A model generated the notes under the pieces. The model searched no databases, had not been told where the DNA came from, and worked only from the letters and a program-made list of their open reading frames with translations. Source: an uncultured Gammaproteobacteria bacterium (GTDB lineage Bacteria > Patescibacteriota > Microgenomatia > Levybacterales > GWA1-39-11). From it: a stretch of 64,000 nucleotides of DNA. Shown here piece by piece: positions 8,936 through 19,098 of the stretch (position 1 is the first letter of the stretch; every line of letters begins with the position of its first letter). The position numbers and the translations under genes are program-made. Location: the NCBI GenBank assembly GCA_964504535.1, contig CAZDED010000008.1, positions 12,673-76,672 of the forward strand, given 5' to 3'.

Positions 8936-9021
8936 AGAGTATTAATATAACTTAGTAACTAGTTGTTAGTCAATAGATACTAGTTAGTAACTTTTAACTA
9001 TTAAATATCAGCTGTTATAAT

Positions 9022-10401
9022 ATGAATATGAGGGATTTATTGATTCGATTTATTCTATATTATCTTCGTTTTTGGGCACAGTTAGCTTTAAGAATTCACA
9101 GACCATACGTCATAGGAGTAGCAGGTTCTGTCGGAAAGTCGTCAACAAGAAATGCTTTGCATGCTGTGCTTAGCCATTACTTCAAAACAGGGGTGGTTAG
9201 TGGGAATTCCGAAACAGGAGTCCCTCTTGGAATACTGGGACTATCATTGGACGGATTTAGTAACAAGAATTGGTTCAATATTCTTCTTAAGGCACCACTT
9301 TGCATCGGTAACCTTCGGAAATACCAATATCTTGTTGTAGAGATGGGAATAGACGATCCGTATCCGCCCAAAAACATGTCTTATCTATTGACCATCGTAA
9401 AACCGGAAATGAGCATAGATCTCAATGCTACAGCAACTCACACAATGCAATTTGAAAAGTTGTTGAAGAAACACACGAAAGATAGCCTGGAGTTCATACT
9501 CAATAAAATTGCTGAAGAAGATAGTAAAATCATAACAAATGGATTTACCAGAGTTGGAATTTACAACAATGATGACCTCAGACTGTCTGAAGTGATTCAA
9601 AAAAGAACAAAAAAAGAGTCATTAACCCTTCTTACATTTGGTTCAAAAAAACAAAATACAATCATTTTTGATGATTATTCCATCTATAGTAAAAAAACCA
9701 AATTTTCCTACAAAGTAACGACAACCAAAGGGGAAAGAGTGATCGAGCTTTCTTTTCCTGGTCTTATTTTACCTCCTGCCTCAAGAGAAAGTTTTGCAGC
9801 GGTTATACTTGCTACTCACAGCCTTGGTCTTACTTACACTCAAATTAAAGAAGCGTTAGAAAGCAACTTTACTATACCAAAGGGAAGATCTTCGCTTTTT
9901 GCCGGTATCAAGAATTCATTAATTATCGATTCTTCTTACAATTCATCAAAATCAACAGTGTTGTCCTTTATTGAGATGCTCAAAACGCTCAAAGAAAAGA
10001 CGGGAAGACCGGTTCTATTTCTCATGGGCGACATGCGCGAACTCGGAAATGAGTCAAAGCAAGAACATCAGGAAGTTGCTGATGCACTTTTGAAAGTTGT
10101 AGACGAATTATACTGCGTTGGGCCCCAAACTCAGGAATTTGTTGTGCCTATTATCAAGGAAAAAATCGGGAAAAAAGGTCATGTTAAAAAAGTTGAGTGG
10201 TACAAAAATGCTATTCAGGCGGGGCTTCATATTAAGGAAGAGATGCCTGAAAACGCGCTTATTCTCGTCAAGGGCTCCCAAAATACTCTCTACCTAGAAG
10301 AAGCAATAAAATTTTTGCTGGAAAATCAGAATGATACAAAATCTCTAACAAGACAAGAAGATTATTGGATGAAGATAAAGCAGGACTTTTTCTCTGTTTA
10401 G
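9022..10401 (+). CDS. murF: UDP-MurNAc-tripeptide--D-Ala-D-Ala ligase (Mur ligase)
   Basis: GSVGKSST P-loop, VVEMG, IIDSSYN, GDMRELG and LVKGS. Confidence 0.85.
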   Translation: MNMRDLLIRFILYYLRFWAQLALRIHRPYVIGVAGSVGKSSTRNALHAVLSHYFKTGVVSGNSETGVPLGILGLSLDGFSNKNWFNILLKAPLCIGNLRKYQYLVVEMGIDDPYPPKNMSYLLTIVKPEMSIDLNATATHTMQFEKLLKKHTKDSLEFILNKIAEEDSKIITNGFTRVGIYNNDDLRLSEVIQKRTKKESLTLLTFGSKKQNTIIFDDYSIYSKKTKFSYKVTTTKGERVIELSFPGLILPPASRESFAAVILATHSLGLTYTQIKEALESNFTIPKGRSSLFAGIKNSLIIDSSYNSSKSTVLSFIEMLKTLKEKTGRPVLFLMGDMRELGNESKQEHQEVADALLKVVDELYCVGPQTQEFVVPIIKEKIGKKGHVKKVEWYKNAIQAGLHIKEEMPENALILVKGSQNTLYLEEAIKFLLENQNDTKSLTRQEDYWMKIKQDFFSV

Positions 10402-10409
10402 TCAAGTCA

Positions 10410-12125
10410 TCAACCAAAGGTGAAGGCATATACTGACGCGTTGTCGTCAAGAAACTCGAGCCTTAGAATGTGATCTTCCGCTTTTGGTAGTTTGATGAGA
10501 TGATATAGTCTATTTGATTCAACGACAACTGTCCCTTGTTTCACATCTTCACCCTCAACGCTTGTATCAACAACCTTACCATCAAGGCTCACTTGTATTT
10601 CAGAATTTGAAGTAGTATTTATGACTAAATAAACGTCTTTAGCCTGAAAATGATATTCGATTGTGGAGCCTTTGTAGGCTTTTGTTGTCTGCTCACCGAT
10701 TAGCCAGCTTCCGCCAAAAGCGAAAGTATTTAAGTTTAAAGATGATGGGAGTGTATAGGTTGTTTTAACATCATGAGAAACCTTTTGGTTTGTAGCCAGA
10801 CCAGCAATTCTTGAATAGCCAAGGTAGGTTTCTGGACTGAGAGAATCAATTGAGTAGGTGGGGTTTGCTATTTTGTCCTTCACGCTGGCGCCGGTTTCCT
10901 TTAATAACTTTTGTATCATCTCCTCTGTTTCGTCATATGCTCCTTCTCCAAAATGAGTATCACGAACAGCTCCATTTTTATCAATTAAATAGTGTGCAGG
11001 CCAATAATGGTTACTGTAGGCATTCCATGTGGCATAATCATTATCCTGCATGACCGGGTATGTAATTTTAAAATCAGAAACTGCTTTTTGTACATTTTTT
11101 AAATTCTTTTCAAATTCAAATTCAGGAGTATGAACACCAACAATTACAAGACCTTTGTCTTTATACTTCTCGTTCCATGATTTGATATAAGGAAGCGTTC
11201 TTATACAGTTGATACAAGTGTATGTCCAAAAATCAATGAGTACGACCTTTCCTTTGAGATCTGACAGTGTAAACGGCGTGGTATTGAGCCATTCTCCTCC
11301 GGCTATGAGTTCAGGTGCTTGAGGGAAAGAGCCTTCGTTTGGCATCGGCTTTCCAATCAGATTCTTGTCTACTAGTGAGTTATTCTTTTTTAATAAGTTT
11401 TTGACAAGATCATTGTCTTCAAGCTTGGTCAACCCAACTCCATACGAGGGAAATTTATCTAAAACCAACACCTGAAATTGCCTATCAAGATTGAAAAAGA
11501 TGCCTATTGCAACAATAATCATTAGAACTCCAAAACCTTTTTGTATACGAGCTGTGTTTTTAAGTAGCCAGGGGACTTTGTTGAGCAAAGTACGTCCTCC
11601 ATATGTAATAGCAAACATAGGAATAGCTGTGCCTAAGGAGTAGGCAAATGTTATGAGAATTGCGCTCCCAGTGACAGAGCTTGTAGCAGCAAGCGTGATG
11701 ACTGATGCAATGATCGGTCCAACACATGGTGTCCATACAAGTCCAAGGCTAATTCCCAAAATCATGCCACTCCAAAAGCCGGTTGCTTGTGTTGAATTCC
11801 TGGTCACAAGGGATGAGAGTCTAGTAAAGATCTTCTCTAAAACGACCTGGAAATTTGGCATTAGTAAGCTAACTCCAAATATAAGCACTATTACAACAGA
11901 AAAAGTTCTTAAAAGATCCGCAGAAATACCTGTTGTTCTCACAATTGAGGATAGAAATAGTGTGAAAAGAGAAAAACTAAATATAAATCCAGTCACGATC
12001 CCTAAAGGACGCCTATGTCCGCCTTGTAAGGAACCTGAAAGAACGATAGGTAGGACAGGCAAGATGCAGGGAGAAAGGACGGTAACAAAACCTGCCAAAA
12101 AAGCAAACAATACCAACAAAAGCAT
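10410..12125 (-). CDS. dipZ: DipZ-type CcdA/DsbD transmembrane domain fused to thioredoxin-like and C-terminal beta domains
   Basis: SPCILPVLP and WTPCVGP in the TM domain, then FWTYTCINC and GVHTPEFEFEK. Confidence 0.9.
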   Translation of the reverse strand: MLLLVLFAFLAGFVTVLSPCILPVLPIVLSGSLQGGHRRPLGIVTGFIFSFSLFTLFLSSIVRTTGISADLLRTFSVVIVLIFGVSLLMPNFQVVLEKIFTRLSSLVTRNSTQATGFWSGMILGISLGLVWTPCVGPIIASVITLAATSSVTGSAILITFAYSLGTAIPMFAITYGGRTLLNKVPWLLKNTARIQKGFGVLMIIVAIGIFFNLDRQFQVLVLDKFPSYGVGLTKLEDNDLVKNLLKKNNSLVDKNLIGKPMPNEGSFPQAPELIAGGEWLNTTPFTLSDLKGKVVLIDFWTYTCINCIRTLPYIKSWNEKYKDKGLVIVGVHTPEFEFEKNLKNVQKAVSDFKITYPVMQDNDYATWNAYSNHYWPAHYLIDKNGAVRDTHFGEGAYDETEEMIQKLLKETGASVKDKIANPTYSIDSLSPETYLGYSRIAGLATNQKVSHDVKTTYTLPSSLNLNTFAFGGSWLIGEQTTKAYKGSTIEYHFQAKDVYLVINTTSNSEIQVSLDGKVVDTSVEGEDVKQGTVVVESNRLYHLIKLPKAEDHILRLEFLDDNASVYAFTFG

Positions 12126-12195
12126 AAGTAGAGTATAGCAAACCTTATAAAAACCTACATGAAATAAGTAGACTTTTAGTCACCTCATCCTATAA

Positions 12196-12228
12196 TTGAC
12201 AACTATATCAAACTATGTTATAAACTAC
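12196..12228 (+). promoter_or_regulatory. Sigma70 promoter of the glycosylation island, overlapped by AACTAT direct repeats
   Basis: TTGACA-N17-TATAAA with extended TG. AACTAT at 12201 and 12211, AACTAC at 12223. Confidence 0.65.
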
Positions 12229-12234
12229 TCATCT

Positions 12235-12275
12235 TACAGCCCATAGCTATTATCTATGGGTTGTATTTTTATTTT
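12235..12275 (+). terminator. Intrinsic terminator/attenuator in the operon leader
   Basis: TACAGCCCATAG-CTATTAT-CTATGGGTTGTA followed by TTTTTATTTT. Confidence 0.65.
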
Positions 12276-12486
12276 GAGCACAAAAAATAGTAAAGCAACT
12301 AATATTAGCGAGTTTCTAACCGTCCATGAAGTGGCGGCATTACTTCGATTGTCTGTTCTCACCATTTACAAATACATAAAGGAAGGCCATCTTGAGGCTG
12401 TGGAGTTTGGCGGACACTATCGTGTGTCACACAACTCTCTTAATAAATTTATCAGCATCCATAAAGTAGGAGGTAGCAATGAATAA
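12256..12486 (+). CDS. Excisionase/BldC-like small HTH DNA-binding protein (HTH_17)
   Basis: FLTVHEVAALLRLSVLTIYKYIKEGHLEAVEFGGHYRV. True start may be TTG at 12274. The stop overlaps the next gene's start. Confidence 0.88.
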   Translation: MGCIFILSTKNSKATNISEFLTVHEVAALLRLSVLTIYKYIKEGHLEAVEFGGHYRVSHNSLNKFISIHKVGGSNE

Positions 12487-14728
12487 AAATTTTCAAAAAG
12501 AAGTAAGTGTAGTTATACCAACTTTTAACGAAGAGGGTAACATTGAGGAGTTAGTTGCCAAGTTGAATAGTTCACTTTTGGCAGACGGAATAACGTACGA
12601 AGTAATTTTTGTTGATGATCATTCGACAGATAACACCCAAAAGAAAATTACTGCGCTTTCAACAATCTATCCAGTAAGGCTTGTTGAGAAGAAGGGAACA
12701 AAGGGCAAGTCCTACTCTCTTAGAGAAGGCTTTTCCGAGGCACAATATGCAAACATCGCCATAATCGATGGGGATCTTCAGTACCCTCCTGAGGCGATTG
12801 CGCCGATGGTGCTTAAATTGGAAAAATTTGATGTTGTTGTTGCAGACAGACAAAGCTATCACGACACTTTAAGTAGAAGAATATTTAGTAAGACTTTTAA
12901 ACTGTTTTTTGGCAAGTTCCTTTTTGGTCTAGACCATGATGTTCAGTCAGGACTAAAAGCCTTCAGATCAGAGGTTGCCACCGTTATAAATTTTAAGCCC
13001 GCTTCTCCATGGACTTTTGATCTTGAGTTTTTACATCGGGCTCGAGAAGCAGGTTATTCAATTGGAAATTTCTCCATTACCTTTAGCAAAAGAAAGATGG
13101 GGACTTCAAAAGTAGGATCATACCGGGCCATATTTGAAATCGGCCTCAATGCGCTGAGAGTAAAGCTTAAGAGGATTCATCCTCAAGTTATGGAGTCACA
13201 AGATGGTAGCATGTTGGGTGCTGGGATTGGATACAAAAGAAAACAATTCATAACACACACAACTCTTCCACACACAAAGAGCGCCATTAGAACATTTTTT
13301 TTGAGGCAAAAATTATTTATCGGAATGCTTGTTGCACTTGTTGGTATCGGGCTAGTTATAAATTTAATTGGAGCCTTACAAATACTTGTAGCTCTTCTTT
13401 CAACTATTTATTTTCTTGACGTAGTATTTAACGCAGGGCTAATATTCAAAAGTTTACGAAATCCCCAAGAAATAGTAATTAAAAAAGAAGAACTAGCAAC
13501 TCTTTCTGAAAGTCAGTTGCCAATCTATACAATTCTTTGTCCACTATACAAAGAGGCACACATTATTCCTCAATTCTTAGAAGCAATAGCAAAAATTTCG
13601 TGGCCAAAAGACAAATTAGACGTAATTTTTCTTTTAGAAGAAGACGATAGAAATTCCATAGAGGTAGCAAAAAACCTTGGTTTACCCACTTACGTTAGAG
13701 TTGCTGTTGTTCCTGATTCCCAGCCAAAAACAAAACCAAAGGCATGCAACTATGGCCTTTCTATTGCGAAAGGTGAATACTTGGTTATTTATGACGCTGA
13801 GGATATTCCTGATCCTATGCAGTTGAAGAAAGCGTATCTTTCTTTTCAGAAAGCAGGACCCGAAATCAAGTGTCTTCAAGCAAAGCTTAACTATCACAAC
13901 CCTCATCAAAATCTATTGACACGCTTTTTTACAGCGGAATATTCATTGTGGTTTGACGTTACTTTAACAGGCTATCAATCAATTAATACCTCAATTCCGC
14001 TTGGAGGAACCTCAAATCACTTTAAAACAACTGACCTGATAAAGCTTCAGGGGTGGGATCCTTTCAATGTTACTGAGGATGCTGACCTTGGGGTAAGGCT
14101 ATTTAAGGAAGGCTTTAGGACGGCAATCATAGATTCTACAACACTTGAAGAAGCAAATAGTAAGTGGGGGAACTGGATAAGACAAAGATCGCGCTGGATT
14201 AAGGGCTACATGCAAACCTATCTTGTTCACACAAGAGATCCGTACTCGTTCATAAAGAGCAATAAGCAACACTCTCTACTTTTTAACCTTATCTTTGGTG
14301 GAAAGATAGCTTTCATATTAATAAATCCGCTCTTATGGCTTGCAACATTGTCGTATTTTACGCTCTATGCGTACGTGGGACCTTCGATTGAGAAGCTGTA
14401 CCCCTCAGCCATTTTTTACATGGCCGGAACCTCTTTGGTATTTGGAAATTTTCTTTACCTGTATTACTACATGATTGGGTGTATGAAGAGAGAGCAATAC
14501 TCATTGGTTAAGTATATTTTCTTTGTTCCCTTGTACTGGTTAATGATATCGATTGCAGGATTTTATGCACTATTTCAGTTAATCCTTAAGCCTCATTATT
14601 GGGAGAAGACTACGCATGGTCTCAATCTTATTCACTTCAAACAGAAAAGAAAAAAGCGTGATTTAAACATTACGAAAATAATATTAATTCCTGTCAAATA
14701 CGGAATGTCGTTATTAGCAAATTTCTAA
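12479..14728 (+). CDS. Fused glycosyltransferase: DPM1-like GT2 plus processive cellulose-synthase-like GT2
   Basis: N-domain has VIPTFNEE, VDDHSTD and DGDLQYPP. C-domain has TKPKACNY, YDAED, TEDADLG, RQRSRW and TM helices. Confidence 0.9.
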   Translation: MNKNFQKEVSVVIPTFNEEGNIEELVAKLNSSLLADGITYEVIFVDDHSTDNTQKKITALSTIYPVRLVEKKGTKGKSYSLREGFSEAQYANIAIIDGDLQYPPEAIAPMVLKLEKFDVVVADRQSYHDTLSRRIFSKTFKLFFGKFLFGLDHDVQSGLKAFRSEVATVINFKPASPWTFDLEFLHRAREAGYSIGNFSITFSKRKMGTSKVGSYRAIFEIGLNALRVKLKRIHPQVMESQDGSMLGAGIGYKRKQFITHTTLPHTKSAIRTFFLRQKLFIGMLVALVGIGLVINLIGALQILVALLSTIYFLDVVFNAGLIFKSLRNPQEIVIKKEELATLSESQLPIYTILCPLYKEAHIIPQFLEAIAKISWPKDKLDVIFLLEEDDRNSIEVAKNLGLPTYVRVAVVPDSQPKTKPKACNYGLSIAKGEYLVIYDAEDIPDPMQLKKAYLSFQKAGPEIKCLQAKLNYHNPHQNLLTRFFTAEYSLWFDVTLTGYQSINTSIPLGGTSNHFKTTDLIKLQGWDPFNVTEDADLGVRLFKEGFRTAIIDSTTLEEANSKWGNWIRQRSRWIKGYMQTYLVHTRDPYSFIKSNKQHSLLFNLIFGGKIAFILINPLLWLATLSYFTLYAYVGPSIEKLYPSAIFYMAGTSLVFGNFLYLYYYMIGCMKREQYSLVKYIFFVPLYWLMISIAGFYALFQLILKPHYWEKTTHGLNLIHFKQKRKKRDLNITKIILIPVKYGMSLLANF

Positions 14729-14729
14729 T

Positions 14730-17210
14730 ATGAAGTTCTTGAGAAATTATTTTAAGAAAGAATACTTTGGGGGCGCCTTTCTAATTGTGGCTGCAATGGT
14801 AGCCAATCTTATCAATTTTGCGTTTAACGCATATCTTGGGCGAAAACTTGAGCTTTCAGAATTTAGTCTTATTAGCCTTTTTGGGAGTTTTTATTCTTTC
14901 GCAAACATTGGGTTTGGAGCTTTAGGGTCGGTCATAAATTATCGGGGAGGTTTTTTGATTGAAAGATACGGAGTTGCAGCGTCTGAAGCATTTCTTTTCT
15001 ATATCCAAAAAAAAGCGCTTATGCTTTCCAGTATTGCAAGCGTCCTGTGGCTTTTGACAATTCCTTTTTTGGCTCAATACTTTCATACAGCAAATTACTT
15101 GCTCTTTATTCTTTTTATTCCAATTTGGTTTTTTGGTTTTATTACAGCAGTAAATAGGGGATATATTTCCTCTAAACTTCAGTTTGGGCTTCTTGGTGGA
15201 GTAATTATATTAGAGCCAGTTGTGAAGTTTCTCTCGGCCATTTTTTTTGTTGGTAGCAAGGTCCCCTCACTAATATACTTATCGATACCAATTGCCATAA
15301 TGAGTGTTTTTGTTGCAACTCAGTTTTTGCTTGGAAGGAGAAAGAAAAAAAGTTTATCCAATGTTGAAGCTAAAAATGCTCACATCTTTCCGTTAAAGTA
15401 TCTACTTACATCTTTATTGGCTGGTCTTGCAACATTGTGCTTCCTCTCATTTGACGTGATACTCGCACGTCATTATTTAACTCCGGTTCAGGCAGGGCAG
15501 TATGCTCTTATTTCTCTTATCGGAAAGATGGTTTACTTTATGTCAGGTCTTTCTTCGCAATTCCTTGTACCACTAGTAAGTCACTACGAGGGTGCAAGAA
15601 AAGATAGTAAAAAACTTTTTTACAAAATTCTTGGAGTGTCTATCGTAATGACGTTAGCAGCTTTTATTCCGTTGGGTATTCTTTCGCAGTTCTTTGCACC
15701 ATTAATGTTCGGAGCAAAAGTTTATCCTGTGCTGAAATTTCTTCCAATGTTTTTGTTAGCAATGATGGCATTTAGCATCTCAGGAATATTTGTCGGTTAC
15801 TATCAGGTTAGAAGAATATATATCTTCCCCATTGTTGCTTTCTTGCTTTCATTTGTTCAGATAGCACTTATCAGTATTTTGCACAGCGGAGTTTCTGAAA
15901 TAGTTGCTGCAATGGTGATATCTTCAGCTGTTAACTTGTCTGTCATGTTGGTGCTTCATTTCAATGAAAGGCTTGTAAAAGTAATTGAGTTCAACCTTGG
16001 AGATTTCGTCGCATTATTCAAAAAACAAACAGTTGCTGATCTTGCCGACAATAAGCTGAACATTTTAATTTTTAACTGGCGTGATACAAAACACAAATGG
16101 GGTGGTGGTGCAGAAGCATATCTTCATGAGCTAGGAATGAGATGGGTGGCTGAAGGAAATTCCGTAACTATTTTCTGTGGAAATGATTATGCAAATAAAA
16201 GGGATGAGATGGTAAATGGAGTAAGAATTATGAGACGTGGAGGATTTTATACAATGTATGTTTGGGCAACGGTCTATTACGTGTTCAACCTGCGCGGAAA
16301 ATATGATTTAGTGATAGATTCCGAAAATGGAATTCCTTTTTTTACCCCCTTATTTTGCCGCAAACCAATATTTCTTTTAATTCACCACGTTCATCAAGAA
16401 GTATTTACTAAACACTTAAAGTTTCCGTTTTCCCAAATAGCTCGATTAATTGAAGGTAAGCTTATGCCATATGTCTATCGAGAGAAGCAAATTATAACTG
16501 TAAGCGAGTCGTCAAAAAAGGAAATAATAAAATTGGGCTTTGTTGATTCATCAGATATAAAAATTGTTAACCCCGGAATTGAGCTCTCGAAATTTGGAAA
16601 AGCAAAAAAAACCAAAAATCCGTCTATTGTTTATATCGGAAGGTTAAAGCCATATAAGAATGTTGAAATTGCAATAAAAGCATTTAGAAAAGTTGTAGCT
16701 TCTTATCCCCATGCTGTTTTTCATATTGCAGGAGAGGGAGAAAGCAGGGAGAGCCTTGTGGCGCTTTCAACACAGTTGGGATTATCAAAGTCTATCATAT
16801 TTCATGGCAAGGTAAGCGAGAGAAAAAAAGCAGAGCTTCTAGCAACATCATGGGTTGCCGTTCAGCCGTCAATGATAGAGGGTTGGGGGATTACGGTTAT
16901 TGAGGCAAATGCATCAGGTACCCCGGTAATAGCATCAAATGTGAACGGGCTTAGAGATTCCATTATAGACAAGAAAACTGGGCTACTTGTTCGAGTTAAA
17001 GACGTTAATGAATTTGCGCACGCAATGCTCAGGACCCTAGACTCAAAAAGCTTTAGAGCCAAGATCACAAAATCTGCCTATGCTTGGTCCAAAAATTTTG
17101 ATTGGAATAAAAGTGCAAACTCTTTCTTTATGGTGATTCAAAACGCAGTAGTATCAGTTGGCCCTAGATCATCAATAAATATAGCAGTAAGAGAAAAAGC
17201 ACTTCAATGA
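14730..17210 (+). CDS. Wzx-like flippase/polysaccharide exporter fused to a GT4 glycosyltransferase
   Basis: About 12 TM helices, then NWRDTKHKWGGGAE, GRLKPYKNV and EGWGITVIEANASGTPVIAS. Confidence 0.88.
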   Translation: MKFLRNYFKKEYFGGAFLIVAAMVANLINFAFNAYLGRKLELSEFSLISLFGSFYSFANIGFGALGSVINYRGGFLIERYGVAASEAFLFYIQKKALMLSSIASVLWLLTIPFLAQYFHTANYLLFILFIPIWFFGFITAVNRGYISSKLQFGLLGGVIILEPVVKFLSAIFFVGSKVPSLIYLSIPIAIMSVFVATQFLLGRRKKKSLSNVEAKNAHIFPLKYLLTSLLAGLATLCFLSFDVILARHYLTPVQAGQYALISLIGKMVYFMSGLSSQFLVPLVSHYEGARKDSKKLFYKILGVSIVMTLAAFIPLGILSQFFAPLMFGAKVYPVLKFLPMFLLAMMAFSISGIFVGYYQVRRIYIFPIVAFLLSFVQIALISILHSGVSEIVAAMVISSAVNLSVMLVLHFNERLVKVIEFNLGDFVALFKKQTVADLADNKLNILIFNWRDTKHKWGGGAEAYLHELGMRWVAEGNSVTIFCGNDYANKRDEMVNGVRIMRRGGFYTMYVWATVYYVFNLRGKYDLVIDSENGIPFFTPLFCRKPIFLLIHHVHQEVFTKHLKFPFSQIARLIEGKLMPYVYREKQIITVSESSKKEIIKLGFVDSSDIKIVNPGIELSKFGKAKKTKNPSIVYIGRLKPYKNVEIAIKAFRKVVASYPHAVFHIAGEGESRESLVALSTQLGLSKSIIFHGKVSERKKAELLATSWVAVQPSMIEGWGITVIEANASGTPVIASNVNGLRDSIIDKKTGLLVRVKDVNEFAHAMLRTLDSKSFRAKITKSAYAWSKNFDWNKSANSFFMVIQNAVVSVGPRSSINIAVREKALQ

Positions 17211-17242
17211 AAAGTATCAAATACCTCAACAAGCTTATAGCA

Positions 17243-17271
17243 TTGACTTTGAAAGCACAAACGGGTATAAT
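17243..17271 (+). promoter_or_regulatory. Internal sigma70 promoter for the nucleotide-sugar genes
   Basis: TTGACT-N17-TATAAT. Confidence 0.7.
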
Positions 17272-17288
17272 TAACGTCTTATAATAAT

Positions 17289-18065
17289 ATGAAAGCAGTA
17301 ATTTTTGCAGGAGGTTTTGGTACAAGAATAAGTGAAGAAAGTGGAGTTCGGCCAAAACCGATGGTTGAAATAGGTGGTAAACCTATACTATGGCATGTAA
17401 TGAAAATGTACTCTGCATACGGAATTAACGAATTTATTATTTGTTGCGGGTATAAATCACAAGTTATCAAAGATTATTTTGCTAACTATTCACTCTACAA
17501 CTCAGATGTTACTTTTGACATGCGAAACAATACAAAAGAAATACACAAAAACGGATCAGAGGAATGGAAAGTAACATTAGCCGAAACCGGACTAAATTCC
17601 TCTAAAAGTCAAAGACTTTTGGCCATAAAGGAGTATTTGGGAGACGAAACCTTCTGTCTGACTTACGGAGATGGGGTAAGCGACATAGACATATCTGAGC
17701 TTATTAAATTTCACAAAAAAGAAAGTGGACTTGTAACAGTTACGGCCGTTCAGCCTCCCGGACGCTTTGGTGGAATTGTGCTTAAAGAAGGTCAAACCAA
17801 AATTACAAGCTTTAAAGAAAAACCTAATGGAGACGGTGCCTGGATCAATGGGGGGCTTATGGTTGTTGAGCCAGAGGCTTTATCCTATATTAAATTTCCT
17901 GATCAGGAATGGGAAGACGATGCAATGAAAAATTTAGCTGAGGATGGCAAACTTACCGCATACGTGCATTCAGGATATTGGCAATGCATGGATACTTTAA
18001 GAGACAAAAACGTATTAGAGCAGTTATGGCAAAGCGGAAAGGCGCCATGGAAAGTTTGGGAATAA
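17289..18065 (+). CDS. rfbF: Glucose-1-phosphate cytidylyltransferase
   Basis: AGGFGTRISEE, PKPMVEIGG, LTYGDG, WINGG and WQCMDTLRDK. Confidence 0.95.
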   Translation: MKAVIFAGGFGTRISEESGVRPKPMVEIGGKPILWHVMKMYSAYGINEFIICCGYKSQVIKDYFANYSLYNSDVTFDMRNNTKEIHKNGSEEWKVTLAETGLNSSKSQRLLAIKEYLGDETFCLTYGDGVSDIDISELIKFHKKESGLVTVTAVQPPGRFGGIVLKEGQTKITSFKEKPNGDGAWINGGLMVVEPEALSYIKFPDQEWEDDAMKNLAEDGKLTAYVHSGYWQCMDTLRDKNVLEQLWQSGKAPWKVWE

Positions 18066-18069
18066 ACAT

Positions 18070-19098
18070 ATGAATATATTACTAACCGGAGTAGACGGAT
18101 ACATAGGAACTATTCTTGGACAAAAACTTATAAAGGCAGGGCATACAGTTACTGGGCTTGATACAGGGTATTATTCTAGTGCGTGGATGTATGATCTTGA
18201 AGACTATGTCGCTCCAAAAGTAATAAAAAAAGATATTAGAAATGTTGTAAAAAATGATTTAATTGGGTTTGATGCGGTGATCCATCTAGCTGAACTTTCA
18301 AATGATCCCGTTGGAGAGAATGACCCCAATTTAACTTTCGAAATTAATCATAAGGGCACAAAAAAACTTGCTGCCCTTGCTAAAGAAGCCAACGTTGAGA
18401 AATTTATATATTTTTCTTCGTGTAGTGTTTATGGTGCATCAGACAGAGTAGCTGATGAGAATTCAGCAGTAAATCCCTTGACAGCCTATGCAAAATCGAA
18501 AGTTTTAAATGAAAATTATTTACTTGAAATTGCCAACGACTCTTTCTCCCCTATTATTTTTAGAAACGCAACTGTATTTGGAGCTTCACCGAGATTAAGG
18601 CTTGATTTAGTTGTTAATAATTTGTCGGGACTAGCCTATACAACCGGTGAAATAAAAATGGATAGCGATGGAACACCCTGGAGGCCGTTTGTTCATGTTT
18701 TGGACGTTTGTCAAGCAGTTCTGTTAGCGCTAACGACTACAAAAGAATTAACTCACAAGGCAGTAATCAATATTGGTGATACCAATTCCAACTATCAGAT
18801 TAAGGATATTGCTGAAATTATTAAAAATACATTTCCCGGATGCAGCGTGAGTCTTAATAAAAACGGCGCTGACAAAAGAAACTATAAGGTTAAATTCGAC
18901 AAAATTAAACAAGTTTTGCCCGGATTCACCTGCCAATACGATATAGCAAAAGGAGCTCATGAGTTGCTGGATATTTTTACAAAAATTAATTTCACTAAAG
19001 AAGACTTTGAGTCAAAAGATTACACCAGATTAAAGCAAATTAAATACTTAAGGGAAAGCAAACAAATTGACGACTCGTTTTATTGGAATAACATATGA
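18070..19098 (+). CDS. NAD-dependent nucleotide-sugar epimerase/dehydratase (extended SDR)
   Basis: TGVDGYIG, HLAELSNDP, SSCSVYG and YAKSK. Confidence 0.9.
   Translation: MNILLTGVDGYIGTILGQKLIKAGHTVTGLDTGYYSSAWMYDLEDYVAPKVIKKDIRNVVKNDLIGFDAVIHLAELSNDPVGENDPNLTFEINHKGTKKLAALAKEANVEKFIYFSSCSVYGASDRVADENSAVNPLTAYAKSKVLNENYLLEIANDSFSPIIFRNATVFGASPRLRLDLVVNNLSGLAYTTGEIKMDSDGTPWRPFVHVLDVCQAVLLALTTTKELTHKAVINIGDTNSNYQIKDIAEIIKNTFPGCSVSLNKNGADKRNYKVKFDKIKQVLPGFTCQYDIAKGAHELLDIFTKINFTKEDFESKDYTRLKQIKYLRESKQIDDSFYWNNI

Noticed and set aside
12256-12486. Excisionase as evidence of a prophage or ICE
   Set aside because: No integrase, phage or conjugation genes and no att pair nearby. The gene is coupled to a glycosyltransferase operon.
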